A stretch of 36,646 nt of DNA, taken from assembly GCA_964552475.1 (NCBI GenBank), contig CAZKFZ010000007.1, positions 1 through 36,646 on the forward strand, given 5' to 3'. Shown piece by piece: positions 1-6,544 of this stretch; position 1 is the first letter of the stretch, and each line of letters starts with the position of its first letter. This stretch comes from an uncultured Candidatus Saccharibacteria bacterium. GTDB taxonomy: Bacteria; Patescibacteriota; Saccharimonadia; CAILAD01; BJGX01. Made by a program: the position numbers and the translations under genes. The notes under the pieces are model-generated. The model searched no databases. It was given only the letters and a program-made list of their open reading frames with translations, and was not told the origin of the DNA.

Positions 1-55
1 GTATTAGGCATACCGCCAGCGTTAATCCTGAGCCAGGATCAAACTCTCCAAAAAA
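1..55 (-). rRNA. rrs: 16S rRNA, 5' end only (the gene continues beyond the left edge)
   Basis: The reverse complement of 1-47 reads AGAGTTTGATCCTGGCTCAGGATTAACGCTGGCGGTATGCCTAATAC, which is the universal 27F site followed by the conserved 5' domain. The mature 5' end is placed only approximately at ~52-55. Confidence 0.9.
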
Positions 56-143
56 GATACCTAATTAGTTATCCTGAACATATTTCAAGATATCTAAATT
101 AAGATCAAAAGAGTCTGAAATCTGAACTTTCGGTTCGTTATTC

Positions 144-155
144 GTTCTCAAAGAA
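144..155 (-). promoter_or_regulatory. boxA-like antitermination element in the rRNA leader
   Basis: The minus strand reads TTCTTTGAGAAC, which resembles the Gram-positive rRNA-leader boxA (TGTTCTTTGAAAAC). It lies between the candidate promoter and the 16S 5' end. Confidence 0.35.
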
Positions 156-336
156 ATTTACAAAGATTATCCTTGTAAAAGAATTGTTTTACATTTAATG
201 CTGACACATTTCATATATCAAATTGCGATTAATAGTATTTGTCTTAAAATGCAAAAAAATAAACTCAGTCGACCTTTACTGTGTCATTCAAGTCGCTGTT
301 TTGTTTTGTTTAAAGATTTACTATCAATCTGAAGTA

Positions 337-366
337 ATTGTAGCGCATTACACCTATGCAAGTCAA
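337..366 (-). promoter_or_regulatory. candidate sigma70-type promoter of the rRNA operon
   Basis: The minus strand reads TTGACT (366-361), an 18-nt spacer, then TACAAT (342-337). This is ~275 nt upstream of the 16S start and immediately after the terminator of the upstream gene. Confidence 0.55.
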
Positions 367-371
367 TACCT

Positions 372-402
372 AAAAAGAATAAGCTAGCTCAAATGCTTAG
401 CT
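372..402 (-). terminator. rho-independent terminator of the 107-aa gene
   Basis: On the minus strand, AGCTAAGC / GCTAGCT form a hairpin with one bulge that overlaps the TAG stop (384-386). It is followed by TATTCTTTTT. Confidence 0.5.
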
Positions 403-707
403 AGAGAGCGTTTAGATAAATTATCAACATTTAAACTAATGTGCTGCCCGTCACCTGCACGAACACATACAATCTTTTCGGTTGCTTCTAAATCTAGCTT
501 CACTACCGACACATGCCAACTTACAGAGCCATCAAAAGAATCTACTATAAGATCTCTTACATCTTCTACTAACTTAACAAAGCAGACTTCTTTATTAGTA
601 CCAAGTACAGATATAATAGCTTTCTTTATTTGGCCATACTTGGCCTTCTCTATGGTTTTACCTTTTTGACCCTCAAACGGGTGCAATGTAGTGACGTAAG
701 CCGACAT
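384..707 (-). CDS. small soluble hypothetical protein (possibly DUF6958-like)
   Basis: The 107-aa ORF has an AGGAG Shine-Dalgarno (715-719) 7 nt before the ATG and its own terminator. The C-terminal half (VSWHVSVVKLDLEATEKIV) resembles DUF6958 from memory only. Confidence 0.75.
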   Translation of the reverse strand: MSAYVTTLHPFEGQKGKTIEKAKYGQIKKAIISVLGTNKEVCFVKLVEDVRDLIVDSFDGSVSWHVSVVKLDLEATEKIVCVRAGDGQHISLNVDNLSKRSLAKHLS

Positions 708-840
708 AATATAACTCCTCTTGTTTATACCTATTATACGTTAGTTTACAGATAAAACATAGGTGTACGGCTTAAAAACTGAGTATTTTTCTATAAATGT
801 GTTGTTTTGTACTTAAATAACAGCTGTTAGATATTTTTTG

Positions 841-1650
841 TTATTTCTTTTTAGTTTTCTTTTTGTTGGCTTTTTTTAGCCACTCAGATTTACGACGACT
901 ACTTGGCTCTGGTTTGCTAGAGCGTGTCGAATGAATGAGTCTATACACAAAAATAGCAATCAATATAAGCCAAACAAATACAACCATCCCAATAAAGAAC
1001 CATTGTGCCAAAAAGGTATTAATTTCTTCATAGCTTAGCAAAGCTATTATCACAAGCGTCACGCCCATTACCAAATTGATAAGTGCTAAATAGGTGAGGC
1101 TAGATCCAGCTTTTTTAACCTTTTTATATTTTTTTACACTCCACCAATACTTAATTGGAGCTGCTAATACTAATATTACACCAAATACCAAAAGTATCTT
1201 TGCTTGTGTTGAGTTGGGAGATCCAAACATTTCCGGAAATTGATTGGCAATCTTTTGGTACCCAAAACACATCGCGATCACAATACCTATAACCGCACCC
1301 ACAAAAACCTCTAGTGGCTGATGGCCCAATATTTCTCTTAGTTGCGTATACTCAGCTGCATTACGCAAACCACCAGACACACCAAGATCTCCAATCAGTT
1401 TATTTAAGGTTTTGGCCTGTTCGCCAGAACTGCGTCTCACTCCAAAACTATCATACATAACTATACCTGCAAACACTGCGGTAAAACCAAACAATGGTGA
1501 CGACAGACCGCCATCAATAAGTGCCCACGTGGCCAAACTACAAACTGTGGCCGAATGTACACTCGGCATTCCCCCGCTGGCATATAAGTATCGTAAATTT
1601 CTATCGCCACGTAGTAAAGCAAGTACAAATTTTATAAATTGAGCAATCAC
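841..1650 (-). CDS. divergent PAP2 family membrane protein (DUF212/YuiD-like) with an extra C-terminal multi-TM extension
   Basis: The motifs SGGMPSVHSATV, MYDSFGVRRSSGEQ and GHQPLEVFVGAVIG are typical of the divergent PAP2 family. The track start is a GTG. The in-frame upstream sequence (YLYVPFTAW) looks like the conserved N-terminal helix and follows an AAAGAGGAG Shine-Dalgarno (1705-1713), so the true start may be a non-canonical codon near 1698. Residues ~140-269 add further TM helices and a K-rich tail. Confidence 0.85.
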   Translation of the reverse strand: MIAQFIKFVLALLRGDRNLRYLYASGGMPSVHSATVCSLATWALIDGGLSSPLFGFTAVFAGIVMYDSFGVRRSSGEQAKTLNKLIGDLGVSGGLRNAAEYTQLREILGHQPLEVFVGAVIGIVIAMCFGYQKIANQFPEMFGSPNSTQAKILLVFGVILVLAAPIKYWWSVKKYKKVKKAGSSLTYLALINLVMGVTLVIIALLSYEEINTFLAQWFFIGMVVFVWLILIAIFVYRLIHSTRSSKPEPSSRRKSEWLKKANKKKTKKK

Positions 1651-1785
1651 CCAGGCAGTAAAGGGTACATATAAATATGGTGTTACATTAAAGTAAATAA
1701 CTATCTCCTCTTTAAGAGTTATTTTATATCTAATTACTTACACAGACAAGTGCCGTATATACTATAGCCTATAGAAAGCTTTAAC

Positions 1786-3972
1786 TTATTTTGAGTATTT
1801 TTTACTTAGTTGAAATATTACACCTGCCACAGACACGGCAATTATAGCAAAGAGCGGAAAGGCATAGTCAGAAAAAGGACGACCGTCGGGTCTTTTGTAG
1901 TCTAGTTGGTTGGTAACAGAATTGTTTGGACTAATTGATGCTAGAATATTTTGCGAGCTAGTTGAGTTGGCGCCGTTCGATGAACTAATGTTGAGCTGAC
2001 TACCAAGTTTTAATAAATTATCCAGATTTTGGCTAGTAGCAAATTGTTGAGCTTCATCACCCATAGAACTATCCGATAAGCTTTGTTTGTTATAGATATT
2101 TCCTGCTGGCGTGTCTACTCCAAAACTACCTATCCAATTGCCAAACACATTTATAAACAGCACTCCAAACCAATCTGATATACTAAAGTTTGAATTTATT
2201 ATATTGCCAACATTTAACGCAATGTCTGCATCTCCACTTTGAGCGTCGCCAGCTTCAGTATTGTTGCCTACATTGGCATCACCACTAGAAGCATTGAGAT
2301 TTAAATTATTGTTTATTGTATTTACTGAGTTTGAGTTATTAATAGAACTACCTGACTGTTGCTGAGTATTTTTATCAACATCACCACCAATTAGCGCACT
2401 GGTTGCTCCTTGCGGTGCATCCATTATCAACCCTAGCCAGCTACCAAAAACATTTACAAATACCAGTACTGCGTTTTTAGCAATGACTTGGTGTCCGGTC
2501 AGGTTCAGTAAAGTCAGTCTAATATCTGACTTACCAGTTTTGGCATCGCCCGCTGAAGTATTATTTAACACATTAGCATCACCGCTCTTGGCGTCAGCTA
2601 CAATATTATTATTAATCGTAGATAGATCGTTAGTATTACTAATTGAATTTCCAGATCTATTAGTATCTATTGTGTTATTGGAGTTGGGACCGGTATTATT
2701 TATGGTTGCTAGATTGCCACTCGTGTGTTGTAATTCACCACTCGCCAGAAGTTGATTTAAAAAATCTTTTGAAAATAAAATATCACCGTTGAGATTACCG
2801 TATATATTTATAACTCCAAAAAATGATTTACCCGAACTAATGTATGAATCGATAAGATTCATTAAGTTTACCAAAACTCTAGCGTCACCGCTCTTAGCAC
2901 TACCAGCCTTAGTGTTACCAGTACAACTTTTGGCCATTCTTTCAGTACCTCCACCTGTTCCACCGTCATTTTGACTGCAACCAACGGTAGCGTCACCGCT
3001 CTGAGCATCTATAACAACATTGTTATTAATGTCATTATAGTTTGATGTATTTATCATCAAATTACCATCTTTATTGTCGCTTATAGTGTTATTTGAGTTG
3101 GGTCCGGTGCCATTAATACCATATTTAGACCCGCCTAGACTTTTATCACTATCGTAATTTGAGTTGCCGGTATCAAGCAGAATATCGCCATTAACGTCTC
3201 CGTAAAGGCTTTGTATAAAAGTTAGCATTTGTCCACCACTAATATTCCATGCCGACGCTAGTAGATTGAGAATGTTGGTAAGAACGTTAGTATCACCACT
3301 AATAGCGTCGCCTCCTTCGGTGTTATTACTGACCAATGAGTTACCAGAAATTGAGTATATGTTGAAGTAGTTATTAATTTCTGCCTTAGTATATAGATTA
3401 AATATTCCATTTGCACTATCGTTAGCATTGATTTGGTTGTTTGAGCCTTGTCCTGTCCCATTAATATTTGTACGGCCACCACCTGCCAACAAACCTAGTT
3501 GCTCTAAAAGACTAGGTGCAACAGGCTTGGGTGTAGCAACATATTTACCGCTAGCGGGATCAAATGTCCACTCTGTTGTACTCCATGTACTAGTAACGGG
3601 GTCGTAATAGTAATCAGGTTTTTGTTTGGGACGAGTCTGGTGTGTAATAGGATCCCAAATGTATTGTTCATTTTCCCAATTTCCAGTATCGGTATTCTGT
3701 ACGTAAGTCTGAGAATCTACACCATTGGGCTGAGTAGGCCCTGGTGGTGTTTGTGGGCCAGTAGTTGGAGTAACTGGATTTGTACCGACTTCGGATTCCG
3801 GGGGTGTTGATGGTGTTTGAGTGGTAGCTTGATCTGTTGTAATTGTTTCCGTGCTACCATCTTCGGTAGCTAAAACTATATTGGTTGGCTGAACTACTAC
3901 CAAAGCAAATATCATTGCACTAAGTATAAATTTACTAAGAACTTTTTGAACTTTTTTTGTACTAATGACCAT
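1786..3972 (-). CDS. large secreted/membrane-anchored repeat protein (four TGPNSNN...SGDA modules)
   Basis: The 728-aa ORF has an N-terminal hydrophobic anchor or signal (FILSAMIFALVVVQP) and a Thr/Pro-rich linker. Four ~80-115-aa Asn/Ser/Gly-rich modules follow. The C-terminus has a TM helix plus KKYSK. Confidence 0.85.
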   Translation of the reverse strand: MVISTKKVQKVLSKFILSAMIFALVVVQPTNIVLATEDGSTETITTDQATTQTPSTPPESEVGTNPVTPTTGPQTPPGPTQPNGVDSQTYVQNTDTGNWENEQYIWDPITHQTRPKQKPDYYYDPVTSTWSTTEWTFDPASGKYVATPKPVAPSLLEQLGLLAGGGRTNINGTGQGSNNQINANDSANGIFNLYTKAEINNYFNIYSISGNSLVSNNTEGGDAISGDTNVLTNILNLLASAWNISGGQMLTFIQSLYGDVNGDILLDTGNSNYDSDKSLGGSKYGINGTGPNSNNTISDNKDGNLMINTSNYNDINNNVVIDAQSGDATVGCSQNDGGTGGGTERMAKSCTGNTKAGSAKSGDARVLVNLMNLIDSYISSGKSFFGVINIYGNLNGDILFSKDFLNQLLASGELQHTSGNLATINNTGPNSNNTIDTNRSGNSISNTNDLSTINNNIVADAKSGDANVLNNTSAGDAKTGKSDIRLTLLNLTGHQVIAKNAVLVFVNVFGSWLGLIMDAPQGATSALIGGDVDKNTQQQSGSSINNSNSVNTINNNLNLNASSGDANVGNNTEAGDAQSGDADIALNVGNIINSNFSISDWFGVLFINVFGNWIGSFGVDTPAGNIYNKQSLSDSSMGDEAQQFATSQNLDNLLKLGSQLNISSSNGANSTSSQNILASISPNNSVTNQLDYKRPDGRPFSDYAFPLFAIIAVSVAGVIFQLSKKYSK
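2113..3471 (-). repeat. four protein-level tandem modules inside the 728-aa gene
   Basis: The modules start near aa 168, 285, 423 and 540. Each has (I)N(G/N)TG(P/Q)(N/G)SNN, then SGDAxV, then NTx(A/G)GDAxSGD, and ends in F(I/V)N(I/V)(F/Y)Gx(W/L)xG. Confidence 0.7.
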
Positions 3973-4078
3973 TTGCTTAAATCCTTTTTATGTATTATTT
4001 TCAATAATTACTGGCAGGCTCAAGAGCTAATAATAACCCTTAAGTACCATGCCGGTCTCTACTAATTTCAATTAGCTT

Positions 4079-4648
4079 CTAGTTTGAAATAGAGCTTACT
4101 GTAGAGAATGAACTTGTGTTAGTTACACTTCCTGAAACGGCAGATCCGCCAGTTGTGTTGTTGCTAACATTTGCGCTACCAGTTGAACCGCTTTGACTGT
4201 TAGTGTTAGTTACGCTAACAGTATTAACGTTAGTTACTACACTACTGTATGTGTTGTTGTAGCTAACTTGGTTGTTAGAGTTTGGTCCAGTAACGTTAAT
4301 GCTTGTGCTGTTAGGAGCCATAACTGGTCCACCTGCACCACCAGCGTTACTTACGTTGAACACGGTAGAAGCCATAGCGGTGTTATTAACATTACCACTC
4401 ATTGCAGAACCACCTGTGGTGTTGTTGCTAACATTTGCAGAACCACTAGTACCATTTTGGTTGTTACTGTTAATACCTAATGCGGTGTTAGCGTTAGTCT
4501 TAACAGATGCCCAAGTGTTAGATTCTGTAACTTGGTTGTTAGAGCTTGGTCCAGTTGTACCAATAACCACTGAACTTGCTGAAACAACACCAGCTGTTAA
4601 GCCGAGTGAAGCTACAGTAACTGCGATAGTTTGTAATACTTTCTTCAT
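4079..4648 (-). CDS. small secreted Asn/Ser/Thr-rich repeat protein (two copies of the TGPxSNN module)
   Basis: The 189-aa ORF has a strong Shine-Dalgarno GGAGGTG (4656-4662) and a signal peptide MKKVLQTIAVTVASLGLTAGVVSASS. Two ~75-aa modules are present. Confidence 0.9.
   Translation of the reverse strand: MKKVLQTIAVTVASLGLTAGVVSASSVVIGTTGPSSNNQVTESNTWASVKTNANTALGINSNNQNGTSGSANVSNNTTGGSAMSGNVNNTAMASTVFNVSNAGGAGGPVMAPNSTSINVTGPNSNNQVSYNNTYSSVVTNVNTVSVTNTNSQSGSTGSANVSNNTTGGSAVSGSVTNTSSFSTVSSISN
4082..4570 (-). repeat. intragenic tandem duplication (period 264 nt / 88 aa)
   Basis: Module 1 spans 4346-4570 and module 2 spans 4082-4306. Examples at protein level: TGPSSNNQV...SGSANVSNNTTGGSAMSG versus TGPNSNNQV...TGSANVSNNTTGGSAVSG. 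The repeat is also visible in DNA, e.g. ttggttgttagagtttggtccagt versus ttggttgttagagcttggtccagt. Confidence 0.85.
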
Positions 4649-4674
4649 AATTTTTCACCTCCTTTCAATTTTTC

Positions 4675-4822
4675 GAAACCTACTGCAATACTATCGTCAG
4701 ATTTTATACCACTAATATTACAGTTATACCTTCGGGCGTTAGTATTGCGGTAGGTTTCTAGATTTCGGGCCATTGAAACCCGACTACTATTATCAATATA
4801 GATAATACTGGTCGGGTTTCAA
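4675..4822. promoter_or_regulatory. two strong intergenic hairpins between the 200-aa and 189-aa surface-protein genes
   Basis: Hairpin B pairs 4675-4692 with 4741-4758 (18 positions, one T-G). Hairpin A pairs 4773-4784 with 4811-4822 (12 bp) and 4788-4794 with 4801-4807 (7 bp). Neither hairpin is followed by a clean U-tract on the minus strand. Confidence 0.5.
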
Positions 4823-4867
4823 TTTAGACCCGAGTTTATTAATTTACAATGTTAATCTACATTTTTT

Positions 4868-5470
4868 TTAAAAGCTTGCTATAAGACTTTTCTGTTTGTA
4901 CTTGCTGTAAACGTATGTTGCAGCTACTGCACTTGCAAGTGCCAAGAAAGTTGGTACCCAACTCCACTCTACGCTGGTTTTCTGCATTGGTCCTATTACA
5001 CCAGTTCTAGCGTTTAGTAGTGCATTCATAAGTTCACTTAGGCCACCGCCACCAGTTCGTGGCAACATTGCTACTGAGCTTTCTAGTCCACTAGTGCTTG
5101 TAGATCCAGCAATGTTGCTTGGGGTTTCGGCAGGACCTGCACCATAACCACCTTCAGGTAATGTGCCGTTAGTAATATTTACCGATGTGGCGCTACTAAA
5201 TGAATTGTTCACGCTACCACTTGTGGCGTCTCCACCAGTAGTGTTGCCATTTACGCTAGCAGGCCCGGTTGTGCCGCTCTGGACATTGGTATTAGATATG
5301 TTTGTATTTGTTACATTAGTAACCGTCTCTGTGTAAGTATTAGTTACCGTATAAACATTATTGCTACCCGGGCCAGTATTCGTAATAGTAGTAGTATCGG
5401 CGTGTGCCACACTAGCCATAGAAAGTGAAGCTACCAGGCTACTTATTAATATTGCTATTTTATATCTCAT
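4868..5470 (-). CDS. secreted repeat-module protein with LPRTG sortase-type motif
   Basis: The 200-aa ORF has an AGGAGG Shine-Dalgarno and the signal peptide ...SMASVAHA/D. It contains one TGPGSNN...GNTTGGDATSG module, LPRTG at 5051-5065, and a C-terminal TM helix followed by KYKQK. Confidence 0.9.
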   Translation of the reverse strand: MRYKIAILISSLVASLSMASVAHADTTTITNTGPGSNNVYTVTNTYTETVTNVTNTNISNTNVQSGTTGPASVNGNTTGGDATSGSVNNSFSSATSVNITNGTLPEGGYGAGPAETPSNIAGSTSTSGLESSVAMLPRTGGGGLSELMNALLNARTGVIGPMQKTSVEWSWVPTFLALASAVAATYVYSKYKQKSLIASF

Positions 5471-5480
5471 ATTTCCTCCT

Positions 5481-6347
5481 TTAAATTACAATTGTTTTAT
5501 TTTTAATGTTTGCTGTTACAAAAAAGGAGCTTGCAAAATAATATGCAAACCCTCTTTTTGTAGCAGCAAAAGCCATGTTTAAATCACCTAGATCAGATCG
5601 TGCCGCATTTGTAAAACCACTCTTACGCCAAGATCTCAATAACAAACTTAATAGCCCTAACGCCACAAGCATACTCAAGCCAATAAGAGCGACAGGATAA
5701 AATAACGCGCTACCAAGTGCAGCTTGAGAATCACCATTAGCTAGCTGCGGGTTAGTAACAATAATGTTTTGGATTGATTGAAAAACTGTTGCCAACATTC
5801 TCAACACTAAGCCTGTTCCATCTAGTGGAAGGTTGGTAGGAACTGGTGAAGATCCTGACGATGTTGAGCTTTGTAGTGTAGAGGGAAAATCACTCGTACT
5901 TACCTGTATAGGGTTGAAATAATCTGATTGTGAACTGGTGTAAAAATAATTACTCGAGTTAATATTTGTTTTCGAACTATTAGGTTTATCTAGTGCAGTA
6001 TTATCATTTAATTGTTTAGTGGTGGGCAATATTGAATTTCTAGATTGCAAAGTGCTTTCGCCAACATTAGTCCGTAAGTCTAGAGAAGTGTTAGTTGTAT
6101 CTCCTGTAGAGCTTGATTGGTAAGATGTGTGATTTTCTACTGTTCCCTGTGCATTTATTGAAACTTCAGTTATTTCGTGTGTACTTTCTGAAATTTGTTG
6201 AGACGACTGCTCAACAGTAGTTATGCTAGTGGTTTGTGAAGTATCATTTTCTGTTTGTGATTCTGCTAAAGCTTTACTGCTAAAAACAAGGGTGCAAGCC
6301 GAAGCAAGCAGTATCAAGAACAAAAAACGAGTTGTACGCACGAACAT
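5481..6347 (-). CDS. secreted Ser/Thr-rich membrane-anchored hypothetical protein
   Basis: The 288-aa ORF has a GGGGAG Shine-Dalgarno and a signal peptide ending KALA/ES. A long Ser/Thr/Asn/Gln-rich region is followed by a C-terminal TM segment (ALIGLSMLVALGLLSLLL) and a ~45-aa tail. Confidence 0.8.
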   Translation of the reverse strand: MFVRTTRFLFLILLASACTLVFSSKALAESQTENDTSQTTSITTVEQSSQQISESTHEITEVSINAQGTVENHTSYQSSSTGDTTNTSLDLRTNVGESTLQSRNSILPTTKQLNDNTALDKPNSSKTNINSSNYFYTSSQSDYFNPIQVSTSDFPSTLQSSTSSGSSPVPTNLPLDGTGLVLRMLATVFQSIQNIIVTNPQLANGDSQAALGSALFYPVALIGLSMLVALGLLSLLLRSWRKSGFTNAARSDLGDLNMAFAATKRGFAYYFASSFFVTANIKNKTIVI

Positions 6348-6450
6348 AAAACCACTCCCCTGAAAATTATTTTGCGTAACTTTTTGTTTAACTTTTATAT
6401 CTATATTGTAGTGACAGTTTTCTAGGTCACTTTTTTGTCTTTATAACTTA

Positions 6451-6480
6451 GTTATACTCCCGCGAGTTTATTTGTGTCAA
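6451..6480 (-). promoter_or_regulatory. candidate promoter of the surface-protein gene run
   Basis: The minus strand reads TTGACA (6480-6475), an 18-nt spacer, then TATAAC (6456-6451). It sits ~100 nt upstream of the 288-aa gene, in the gap after gyrA. Confidence 0.45.
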
Positions 6481-6544
6481 TAGAAAAATTTTAAAAGTTT
6501 TAGAATTCTTGATAAGACAGTTTATTTATATAAACTTGTTATTT

